DNA of 6,780 nucleotides from a virus (Duplodnaviria; Heunggongvirae; Uroviricota; Caudoviricetes): IMG/VR virus record IMGVR_UViG_2690316348_000008; one strand, 5' to 3'. Shown piece by piece: positions 1 to 6,780 of this stretch (position 1 is its first letter; each line of letters starts with the position of its first letter). The notes under the pieces were generated by a model. It saw only the letters and a program-made list of their open reading frames with translations, ran no database searches and was not told where the DNA came from. The position numbers and the translations under genes were made by a program.

Positions 1-73
1 GGGAATATCTACGGCAGCAAGCCAGTAATGGGTTAAGTGATAACAGGTGTCTGGAAATATAGGGGCAAATCCA
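1..73 (+). mobile_element. Right end of an IS2-like insertion sequence (partial; element continues upstream of the window)
   Basis: Frame 3 of bases 3-62 translates to ...EYLRQQASNGLSDNRCLEI* (stop TAG 60-62), which I recognise as the C-terminus of the IS2 transposase InsD with a few substitutions. Bases 60-73 (TAGGGGCAAATCCA) match the IS2 right inverted-repeat terminus as I remember it. Not verified against ISfinder. Confidence 0.7.
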
Positions 74-181
74 GCGTTCATCAGCCCCCGCATTGCCGAC
101 AGGATCACAGACGGGGGGCGCAACTGGTTGTCGTTCAACTGGCCCAGCTACCGTTCTTGTATCAGAGGTGTGGCTGCATGA
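74..181 (+). pseudogene. 3' remnant of an upstream phage replication gene (initiator or helicase loader?) truncated by the IS2-like insertion
   Basis: Frame 2 is open from the IS boundary at 74 to a TGA at 179-181 that overlaps the helicase ATG at 178-180 (ATGA), the usual translational-coupling junction of a two-gene replication operon. The 35 codons are too few to identify the product. Confidence 0.4.
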
Positions 182-1569
182 CAACACCAGTCTGGCGTAA
201 TGATGACCTGGAAGGCGCTGTCATTGGCGCATTCTTTCTGCGTGGGGCAGATCATGAAGTGATGGATATTCTGATCACACTACCGGCGGACATTTTTTCT
301 GTACGAGCGTATCGGGATATCTACACAGGCATCTGCAGACAGGCCCGTGTTTCAGGAGTGATTGACCCCGTGCTGTTGTGTAATGAGATGCCGGAACTTG
401 CCCCGGTGATTACTGATACCGGGCGTAAAACCTGGGTGAAGTCTTCACTGGAGCACTATGTTGCAGCGTTGCGGCGCAATGCCGCACTGCGCGATGCAGA
501 AAAAACACTGAATGAGGCGCTGCAGAAATTACGTGATGCGCATACCTGTGAAGCAGCTGAAGATGCCCTGAAGGATGCGCAGAACATGATGGTCACACTG
601 TCGACAGGAAAGGGCGTCATTCAGCCGGTACATATTGATGATGTGCTTCCGGAAGTGGTTGAGCGTGTTGAATGCCGGAATCAGGGGCTGGAGAAATCCA
701 GGACGTTGATGACCGGTATTGATGAACTGGACGCAAAAACAGGCGGTATGGAGCCCGGAGACCTGGTATTCATTGCCGCCCGTCCTTCGATGGGGAAAAC
801 CGAACTTGCGCTGGACATCATCGACAAGGTGACTGAGCAGGGGCATGGTGTGCTTCTGTTCACCATGGAGATGGCGAACATCCAGATTGGTGAACGTATG
901 GTGTCTGCGGCTGGAGGGATGCCAGTATCACGCCTGAAATCTGTGGCTCACTTTGAAGATGAAGACTGGGCGCGTTTCTCACAAGGGGTGGGGCGGATGA
1001 CCGGGCGCAATATCTGGATGGTGGACCAGGCGAACCTGACCATTGATGAGATATGCGCAACAACGAAACACCATCTGATTAAACATCCGGAAACGGCGCT
1101 GGTGGTGGTTGATTATCTCGGGCTGATAAAAACCCGAACCACGGGGCGTCATGACCTTGCCGTGGGTGAAATCTCAAAGGGGCTTAAAGGCCTGGCAAAA
1201 TCCGGTGGTTTTCCGTTGATTGCGCTGAGCCAGCTCTCCCGCGGTGTGGAGTCCAGACCCAATAAACGTCCCATGAACTCAGACCTGAAAAATTCCGGAG
1301 AAATAGAGGCGGATGCAGACATCATTCTGATGCTTTACAGGGATGAAGTGTACAACCCGGATACACAGGCTACAGGCATAGCAGAAATTAATATCACGAA
1401 ACAACGTAACGGTTCTCTGGGGACGATTTACCGGCGTTTTTATAACGGACATTTTCTGCCTGTGGACCAGGAAAGCGCACAGGTTCTTTCCACCCCAATG
1501 CGGCAGCCCCAGCCGCGCAGATACAGCAATACACGTACCGACAGCAGTAAGATGGAGCGTTTCTTTTGA
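178..1569 (+). CDS. DnaB-family replicative DNA helicase (phage-encoded), 463 aa
   Basis: Walker A motif FIAARPSMGKTELALDI, and DnaB-like blocks EDEDWARFS, DYLGLI, LAKSGGFPLIALSQLSRGVESRPNKRPMNSDLKNSGEIEADADIILMLYRDEVY and EINITKQRNG. The N-terminal region aligns to the DnaB N-domain (DLEGAVIGAFFL...ADIFSVRAYRDIYT). GAGGTG lies 8 nt upstream of the ATG at 178. The ORF-track start at 37 (GTG) is rejected. Confidence 0.9.
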   Translation: MTTPVWRNDDLEGAVIGAFFLRGADHEVMDILITLPADIFSVRAYRDIYTGICRQARVSGVIDPVLLCNEMPELAPVITDTGRKTWVKSSLEHYVAALRRNAALRDAEKTLNEALQKLRDAHTCEAAEDALKDAQNMMVTLSTGKGVIQPVHIDDVLPEVVERVECRNQGLEKSRTLMTGIDELDAKTGGMEPGDLVFIAARPSMGKTELALDIIDKVTEQGHGVLLFTMEMANIQIGERMVSAAGGMPVSRLKSVAHFEDEDWARFSQGVGRMTGRNIWMVDQANLTIDEICATTKHHLIKHPETALVVVDYLGLIKTRTTGRHDLAVGEISKGLKGLAKSGGFPLIALSQLSRGVESRPNKRPMNSDLKNSGEIEADADIILMLYRDEVYNPDTQATGIAEINITKQRNGSLGTIYRRFYNGHFLPVDQESAQVLSTPMRQPQPRRYSNTRTDSSKMERFF

Positions 1570-1580
1570 ACAACCAGACA

Positions 1581-1823
1581 ATGACTTTTACCTCTGAACA
1601 ATTGCGTAAACACGCGCAGGAAATGTTGCGACAGGCGGAACAACTGGAAAAAACAGGTGTAACAAAAGATGCCATTCGTCGGGATATGGTGCCAGCGCTC
1701 AGGGAACTGATGCAGGCGAAACATCGCGCACAAAAAGCGGTGGATGAGCTCGTTGATTGTGTGGCAGAGCTGGAAACCAAAGTTGGAAAGTTTGAAAAAA
1801 TGGTGCAGGAGGTGCTGCGCTGA
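1581..1823 (+). CDS. Hypothetical small alpha-helical protein (80 aa), function unknown
   Basis: ORF between helicase and rusA. Its stop TGA (1821-1823) overlaps the rusA ATG (1823-1825). No strong Shine-Dalgarno; the start may instead be the TTG at 1566, which overlaps the helicase stop. The sequence is charged and helical (QAEQLEKTGV...ELETKVGKFEKMVQEV). I do not recognise the family. Confidence 0.55.
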   Translation: MTFTSEQLRKHAQEMLRQAEQLEKTGVTKDAIRRDMVPALRELMQAKHRAQKAVDELVDCVAELETKVGKFEKMVQEVLR

Positions 1824-2194
1824 TGCGCCATGAGTTTATTTTACCTTATCCGCCGACGGTGAATACTTACTGGCGACGTCGTGGCAGCACATATTTTGTA
1901 TCAAAAGTTGGTGAGCGTTATCGCCGTGATGTGACGCTAATTGTTCGCCAGCAGCGGCTGAAATTAAACCTGTCCGGAAGGCTGGCGATAAAGATTATTG
2001 CAGAGCCACCGGATAAGCGCCGTCGTGACCTGGACAATATCCTGAAAGCACCACTGGATGCGCTGACGCATGCCGGACTACTCATAGACGACGAGCAGTT
2101 TGATGAAATCAATATTGTGCGCGGTCAGCTCGTTCCTGGTGGGCGACTGGGCGTGAAGATTTATGAAATCACAGGTGATAACGATGGCGCGTGA
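1823..2194 (+). CDS. rusA: Holliday junction resolvase RusA (crossover junction endodeoxyribonuclease)
   Basis: 123 aa with the RusA signature [30 protein letters not shown] and C-terminal [11 protein letters not shown]. Size and motifs match E. coli prophage RusA (120 aa). Start is coupled to the upstream ORF. Confidence 0.9.
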   Translation: MRHEFILPYPPTVNTYWRRRGSTYFVSKVGERYRRDVTLIVRQQRLKLNLSGRLAIKIIAEPPDKRRRDLDNILKAPLDALTHAGLLIDDEQFDEINIVRGQLVPGGRLGVKIYEITGDNDGA

Positions 2195-2570
2195 TATTCA
2201 GCAGGTTATGGAACGGTGGGGGGCTTGGGCTGCAAACACTCATGAAGATGTATCCTGGGCGTCGATCGCTGCTGGTTTTAAAGGGTTAATTCCGTCGAAA
2301 GTGAAATCACGCCCTCAGTGTTCTGATGATGATGCAATGATAATTTGTGGCTGTATGGCCCGGTTGAACAAGAAAAATCAGGATTTGCACGATTTGCTGG
2401 TGGATTATTACGTAGGTGGAATGACTTTTATGAGTCTGGCACGGAAACATGGGTGTTCGGATACCTGTATTGGCAAGCGCCTGCAGAAAGCGGAAGGGGT
2501 TATTGATGGCATGTTGATGATGCTTGATATCCGGCTGGAGATGGACAGATACGTAGAACGAATTATGTAG
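2184..2570 (+). CDS. Q: Late-gene antiterminator Q, QuuD (DLP12) / phage 21-type family
   Basis: 128 aa beginning [61 protein letters not shown]..., closely resembling the DLP12 QuuD sequence as I remember it. AGGTGA lies 7 nt upstream of the ATG at 2184. It overlaps the rusA 3' end by 11 nt. Stop TAG 2568-2570. Confidence 0.85.
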   Translation: MARDIQQVMERWGAWAANTHEDVSWASIAAGFKGLIPSKVKSRPQCSDDDAMIICGCMARLNKKNQDLHDLLVDYYVGGMTFMSLARKHGCSDTCIGKRLQKAEGVIDGMLMMLDIRLEMDRYVERIM

Positions 2571-2574
2571 GTGC

Positions 2575-2604
2575 TTGACCAGACACATTGTCCGGGGCTA
2601 TATT
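2575..2604 (+). promoter_or_regulatory. Candidate sigma70 promoter immediately downstream of Q (possible late promoter pR' with qut)
   Basis: -35 TTGACC (2575-2580); -10 TATATT (2599-2604, 18-bp spacer) or CTATAT (17-bp spacer). A 6-bp hairpin CGCCAG-caaaat-CTGGCG (2612-2629) lies in the predicted initial transcribed region. Confidence 0.4.
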
Positions 2605-2665
2605 CCTCACGCGCCAGCAAAATCTGGCGTCGGGATTGGAACCCCGGATAGAGACCGCGACAGAC

Positions 2666-2690
2666 ACACGCCGCGAGCGTGTTTTTTATT
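2666..2690 (+). terminator. Intrinsic terminator (candidate tR' closing a short 6S-like leader RNA)
   Basis: Stem ACACGC (2666-2671), loop CGCGA, stem GCGTGT (2677-2682), followed by a T6 run and ATT. Confidence 0.55.
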
Positions 2691-2815
2691 GTCGTATGCA
2701 CGCGCACATCTGAATTATGGTGGGGCGCATGGGGGAGCTGAAAAGCTCGCCGGTCGGTTTCCCGGTAGTTCCAACCCTGTGCGTCTCACCACCCGATGAT
2801 TGGAACCTGACGGTG

Positions 2816-2844
2816 TTGACAGTTTCAGGTTTGCAGTTTACATT
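2816..2844 (+). promoter_or_regulatory. Near-consensus sigma70 promoter upstream of the ORF6N cargo gene
   Basis: -35 TTGACA (2816-2821), exact 17-bp spacer, -10 TACATT (2839-2844). Predicted transcription start near 2851, giving a ~200-nt leader before the ATG at 3051. Confidence 0.5.
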
Positions 2845-2879
2845 TCCCCGCGGTGCTCAAAACACCTCGAAAGCGGTAT

Positions 2880-2907
2880 CCACACCCGATAGCCATGTGG
2901 TTTTTTT
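2880..2907 (+). terminator. Weak terminator or attenuator-like hairpin in the leader of the cargo gene
   Basis: Stem CCACA (2880-2884), 11-nt loop, stem TGTGG (2896-2900), followed by T7 (2901-2907). The stem is short, so the call is tentative. Confidence 0.3.
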
Positions 2908-3050
2908 GTGTCCAGAATTCTTGGTTTATGACCGGGTGTGCGGCTAATACAATACCAGCAATGGAAATACGCCCGCCGACTTTCGACGGTTTTGAGCGCC
3001 CGGTCACCCTCTCAAAAGGGGTAAATCAAAATATTCGAAAGGACATGTCT

Positions 3051-3614
3051 ATGAATCGCACGTCTATTGAAAAACTCCCGTCACTTACGCATAACCATCT
3101 TCCTGTCATGACAACAGAGCTGCTGGCTGATTTGTACGGAACAGAGCGCCAGCGTTTGACAAACAATTTCAATCGAAACAAAGAACGGTTTATAGAAGGT
3201 AAACATTTTTTCCTGATAGAAGGTGATGCGTTACGAGAGTTGAAGAACGAAAACTCTTTAAGAGTTTCTGTGAAAATTGCCCGTAACGTTCGCTCCCTCA
3301 TCCTCTGGACAGAACGTGGCGCAGCCCGTCACGCCAAAATGCTCGAAACCGATCAGGCGTGGGAAGTGTTCGAAAAACTGGAAGACTGTTATTTCAACCA
3401 GAAACAGCCACCAGCGGCACAAAACACATCTATCGAAAATGATGGATGCGCATTACTGAGCCACTTCGATAAACACGGTCAGGTTGAGTTCACGGAAAAG
3501 GTACCCGCCGATGCGATGGTATGTACTCTGGAACGGTTTAAATTTTATCTGGAGCAACACGGGTGGATCGTTGCCCGTAAAGAGCAACTGGTGGAGCGGT
3601 TGATGCGGTTTTAA
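3051..3614 (+). CDS. ORF6N-domain (Bro-N/KilA-N-related) putative DNA-binding protein, 187 aa, with an uncharacterised C-terminal domain
   Basis: N-terminal region LPVMTTELLADLYGTERQRLTNNFNRNKERFIEGKHFFLIEGDALRELK...VRSLILWTERGAARHAKMLETDQAWEVFEKLEDCYF fits the ORF6N consensus (..YG....V..NFNRNK.R..EG.H.F.L.G..L.....VRSLYLWTERGALLHAK.L.TD.AWEV.E.L...YF). AAAGGA lies 7 nt upstream of the ATG at 3051. The in-frame upstream extension to 2853 is rejected. Confidence 0.8.
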   Translation: MNRTSIEKLPSLTHNHLPVMTTELLADLYGTERQRLTNNFNRNKERFIEGKHFFLIEGDALRELKNENSLRVSVKIARNVRSLILWTERGAARHAKMLETDQAWEVFEKLEDCYFNQKQPPAAQNTSIENDGCALLSHFDKHGQVEFTEKVPADAMVCTLERFKFYLEQHGWIVARKEQLVERLMRF

Positions 3615-3690
3615 AAATTTTTTCCGAAAACTTTACGATCGTAAAAAGTTGAATATCCTGTTAAGAGTGGTTACTACGCCACACAGCTTA

Positions 3691-3716
3691 AACCCGCCGA
3701 TGAGCGGGTTTTTTTA
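3691..3716 (+). terminator. Intrinsic terminator after the ORF6N gene
   Basis: Stem AACCCGC (3691-3697), loop CGATGA, stem GCGGGTT (3704-3710), T-run through 3715. Confidence 0.75.
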
Positions 3717-3765
3717 TACCTGAAAAACGGCACAGGACGTTAAACGTGCTGGTGGTCAGATGAGT

Positions 3766-3794
3766 TTGCAGATGTGATGACATATGGTTATTAT
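3766..3794 (+). promoter_or_regulatory. Candidate sigma70 promoter for the tRNA array
   Basis: -35 TTGCAG (3766-3771), 17-bp spacer, -10 TATTAT (3789-3794). Predicted start falls 2-3 nt before the first tRNA. Confidence 0.5.
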
Positions 3795-3803
3795 TCTGCC
3801 TCC

Positions 3804-3880
3804 GGCCCTTTAGCTCAGTTGGTCAGAGCGAGCGACTCATAATCGCCAGGTCGCTGGTTCAAGTCCAGCAAGGGCCACCA
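3804..3880 (+). tRNA. tRNA with anticodon CAT, ileX/ileZ-like (tRNA-Ile2, lysidine type; elongator Met not excluded)
   Basis: Hand-folded cloverleaf: acceptor GGCCCTT/AAGGGCC, D-stem GCTC/GAGC, anticodon loop CTCATAA, T-arm GCTGG-TTCAAGT-CCAGC, discriminator A, encoded CCA. 77 nt. Overall sequence resembles E. coli ileX from memory. Confidence 0.85.
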
Positions 3881-3881
3881 A

Positions 3882-3958
3882 CCACCACTAGCTCATCCGG
3901 ATAGAGCATCAACCTTCTAAGTTGACGGTGCGAGGTTCGAGTCCTCGGTGGTGGGCCA
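3882..3958 (+). tRNA. tRNA-Arg (anticodon TCT, reads AGA)
   Basis: Acceptor CCACCAC/GTGGTGG (C1:G72), D-stem GCTC/GAGC, anticodon stem TCAAC/GTTGA with loop CTTCTAA, T-arm CGAGG-TTCGAGT-CCTCG, discriminator G, encoded CCA. 77 nt. Confidence 0.85.
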
Positions 3959-3960
3959 GC

Positions 3961-4036
<76 letters not shown>

Positions 4037-4039
4037 TAT

Positions 4040-4114
<75 letters not shown>

Positions 4115-4250
4115 GCGAGATTTGAGACGAAGGTTGTTATTTGCACTGACACAATATTGTGTGGGAATGTCTGACTCCTTACCATCTCCTGTTCTGTGAT
4201 GTTGTTTTGTTGCAGTTCCAGTGCTCTTTTTTCAGCACCAGAATGGTGCA

Positions 4251-4552
4251 TTGTCGGTCAGGTTACGTAGTGAACCTCTGGCAGGGGACTGATGATTCAT
4301 CATTCTGGTGTTGTAAATATCTCTTCGGACAACTTACAAAATATTCTAAGCAAACCCCGGGAACACACTCTTAACTGCCTTGGCTGGCGGTTTTTTGTAC
4401 AGCGCTCGGTATGTGTGAGCTGGAAATCAGATTTTGCATGGACTGGAATCATGCTGTTATTTAGGGGCGAAGAACTGGCTTTTTCTTCCGCCTTCTCACC
4501 AGTAACGATTAGAAAAATAATGAAATGCCCCCCTCCGGGGAGGAGGACCGTA
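4251..4552 (+). repeat. Direct repeat copy R1 (~302 bp), abutting an internal breakpoint of IS911
   Basis: Aligns base-for-base with 5360-5661, differing at three positions (4296 G/A, 4299 T/G, 4413 C/T). I do not recognise it as a known IS end or gene. Confidence 0.85.
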
Positions 4553-5287
<735 letters not shown>

Positions 5288-5359
5288 TGGAGCACCTGTG
5301 TTGTTCTGAGGTGAGCATATCACCTCTGTTCAGGTGGCCAAATTCAGTGTGCCACTTCA

Positions 5360-5661
5360 TTGTCGGTCAGGTTACGTAGTGAACCTCTGGCAGGGGACTG
5401 ATAATGCATCATTCTGGTGTTGTAAATATCTCTTCGGACAACTTACAAAATATTCTAAGCAAACCCCGGGAACACACTCTTAACTGCCTTGGCTGGCGGT
5501 TTTTTGTACAGTGCTCGGTATGTGTGAGCTGGAAATCAGATTTTGCATGGACTGGAATCATGCTGTTATTTAGGGGCGAAGAACTGGCTTTTTCTTCCGC
5601 CTTCTCACCAGTAACGATTAGAAAAATAATGAAATGCCCCCCTCCGGGGAGGAGGACCGTA
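5360..5661 (+). repeat. Direct repeat copy R2 (~302 bp), directly abutting the intact IS911 left terminus
   Basis: About 99% identical to 4251-4552. Begins at the first base after the IS911 left inverted repeat and ends at ...GGAGGAGGACCGTA. Confidence 0.85.
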
Positions 5662-5837
5662 GAAAAAAGGACCCGCCAGCAAAAACATTGGGGATGAACA
5701 GCTTTCGCTACTCAGATTGCTGGCGGGTAAAGTTCCTCATGAATTAAGAATGCTACGCGATCTTTTTTAATGGAAATGAAAATTATTGTCAATTAGTCGT
5801 GCGTGTTTTTTCATACAATATTGGTAAAGGTGATTCA

Positions 5838-5871
5838 GGCCATCAGAGTTTTGCTGATGGCCTTTTTTCTT
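5838..5871 (+). terminator. Strong intrinsic terminator just upstream of the holin gene
   Basis: Stem GGCCATCAG (5838-5846), loop AGTTTTG, stem CTGATGGCC (5854-5862), followed by T6 and CTTT. No T-run on the opposite strand, so it is unidirectional. Confidence 0.7.
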
Positions 5872-5903
5872 TCCGATAGCACAGGTCTGTCGGGGGGCGG
5901 GAT

Positions 5904-6119
5904 ATGTATCAGATGGAAAAAATATCAACAGGCATTGCCTACGGCACCTCCGCCGGCAGTGCCGGCTACTGGTTTTTGCAGTGGTTGGATCAGGTCAGTC
6001 CATCACAGTGGGCTGCGATTGGTGTGCTGGGAAGTCTGCTTCTGGGGCTTCTGACTTATCTGACAAATCTGTATTTCAAAATAAGAGAAGACAAGCGTAA
6101 GGCTGCGAGAGGTGAATAA
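5904..6119 (+). CDS. S: Phage 21-type class II holin (pinholin S21-like), 71 aa with dual start
   Basis: [71 protein letters not shown]: two transmembrane segments, a charged C-terminus, and Met1/Met4 dual starts as in the antiholin/holin pair of S21. Stop TAA overlaps the endolysin ATG (TAATG). Confidence 0.9.
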   Translation: MYQMEKISTGIAYGTSAGSAGYWFLQWLDQVSPSQWAAIGVLGSLLLGLLTYLTNLYFKIREDKRKAARGE

Positions 6120-6616
6120 TGTCGCCATCATTACGCAAGGCTGTTGCAGCTGCTATTGGTGGTGGGGCTGTTGCTATAGCATCTGTGTTAATCACTGGCC
6201 CAGGTGGTAACGATGGTCTGGAAGGTGTCAGCTACATACCATACAAAGATATCATTGGTGTATGGACTGTATGTCACGGACACACCGGAAAAGACATCAT
6301 GCTCGGTAAAACGTATACCGAAGCAGAATGCAAAGCCCTCCTGAATAAAGACCTTGCCACTGTCGCCAGACAAATTAACCCGTACATCAAAGTCGATATA
6401 CCGGAAACAACGCGCGGCGCTCTTTACTCGTTCGTTTACAACGTGGGCGCTGGCAATTTCAGAACATCGACGCTTCTTCGCAAAATAAACCAGGGCGATA
6501 TCAAAGGCGCATGTGACCAGCTACGTCGCTGGACATATGCTGGCGGTAAGCAATGGAAAGGGCTGATGACCCGTCGTGAGATTGAGCGTGAAGTCTGTTT
6601 GTGGGGGCAGCAATGA
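6119..6616 (+). CDS. R: SAR endolysin (signal-anchor-release lysozyme, R21-like), 165 aa
   Basis: N-terminal Gly/Ala-rich weakly hydrophobic SAR segment ([24 protein letters not shown]) followed by a T4-lysozyme-like catalytic region ([25 protein letters not shown], with the Glu-Asp-Thr triad spacing). Same length as phage 21 R. Confidence 0.9.
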   Translation: MSPSLRKAVAAAIGGGAVAIASVLITGPGGNDGLEGVSYIPYKDIIGVWTVCHGHTGKDIMLGKTYTEAECKALLNKDLATVARQINPYIKVDIPETTRGALYSFVYNVGAGNFRTSTLLRKINQGDIKGACDQLRRWTYAGGKQWKGLMTRREIEREVCLWGQQ

Positions 6617-6780
6617 GCAGAGTCACCGCGATTATCTCCGCTCTGGTTATCTGCATCATCGTCTGCCTGTCATGGGCTGTTAATCATTACCGTGATAACG
6701 CCATTACCTACAAAGAGCAGCGCGACAAAAACGCAAGAGAACTGAAGCTGGCGAACGCAACCATTACTGACATGCAGCAG
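6613..6780 (+). CDS. Rz: Rz inner-membrane spanin (i-spanin), N-terminal 56 codons; continues beyond the window
   Basis: [55 protein letters not shown] is near-identical to the lambda Rz N-terminus. Its ATG (6613-6615) overlaps the endolysin stop (ATGA). Confidence 0.85.
   Translation, partial: MSRVTAIISALVICIIVCLSWAVNHYRDNAITYKEQRDKNARELKLANATITDMQQ

Noticed and set aside
37..177. ORF-track start of the helicase at a GTG at position 37, adding 47 N-terminal residues
   Set aside because: The first 12 codons lie inside the IS2-like terminus and bases 1-36 are the end of another frame. DnaB homology begins only after the ATG at 178, which has a GAGGTG ribosome-binding site and an ATGA overlap with the upstream frame. 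The extension is an artefact of an open frame.
529..1831. Minus-strand ORFs inside the helicase gene (529-846, 681-881, 860-1063, 1279-1581, 1394-1831, 1440-1733)
   Set aside because: They are antisense to a strongly supported, conserved CDS. Their products are low-complexity (Ser, Cys, Arg-rich) and have no recognisable motifs or ribosome-binding sites.
1918..2707. Minus-strand ORFs inside rusA and Q (1918-2112, 2307-2588, 2408-2707)
   Set aside because: Antisense shadows of confidently identified genes, with no independent signals.
2575..3007. ORFs in the Q-to-cargo intergenic region (2575-2799 +, 2717-2947 +, 2825-3007 -)
   Set aside because: They span the promoter, hairpin and terminator elements, start at non-ATG or unsupported codons, and have Gly/Pro/Arg-rich or otherwise implausible composition. 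The region is better explained as regulatory.
2853..3050. N-terminal extension of the ORF6N gene to a GTG at 2853 (253-aa version)
   Set aside because: The extension starts at the predicted transcription start, runs through a hairpin and T7 tract, and has no ribosome-binding site. The ORF6N domain begins about 15 residues after the ATG at 3051, which has an AAAGGA site.
3026..3459. Overlapping ORFs within the ORF6N gene (3026-3301 -, 3277-3459 +)
   Set aside because: Alternative-frame or antisense ORFs inside a gene with clear domain homology, with no support.
5803..6054. ORF 5803-6054 (+), 83 aa, overlapping the holin start
   Set aside because: It runs through the terminator hairpin and out of frame across the holin gene, and its product is Gly/Pro-rich and low-complexity.
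6188..6373. Minus-strand ORF inside the endolysin gene
   Set aside because: Antisense to a well-supported CDS.

Overview
This window reads as the replication-to-lysis segment of a defective lambdoid (phage 21 / DLP12-like) prophage from an Enterobacteriaceae genome, probably Escherichia or Shigella. All phage genes are on the + strand, in this order: the right end of an IS2-like element (1-73); a 3' remnant of an upstream replication gene (74-181); a DnaB-family helicase (178-1569); a small coupled ORF (1581-1823); the RusA resolvase (1823-2194); a QuuD-type Q antiterminator (2184-2570); a promoter/terminator-rich regulatory region (2571-3050); an ORF6N-domain cargo gene (3051-3614); a four-tRNA array (3804-4114); two ~302-bp near-identical direct repeats (4251-4552, 5360-5661) flanking a 3'-truncated IS911 on the minus strand (4553-5359); and a 21-type lysis cassette with pinholin, SAR endolysin and the start of Rz (5904-6780). 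The Q-to-holin interval, where lambdoid phages carry morons such as stx or nmpC, holds no recognisable toxin. The least explained part of the window is the repeat-IS911-repeat structure and the cargo gene with its own promoter and attenuator-like leader. All calls rest on reading the sequence and on remembered family signatures; no database search was run.
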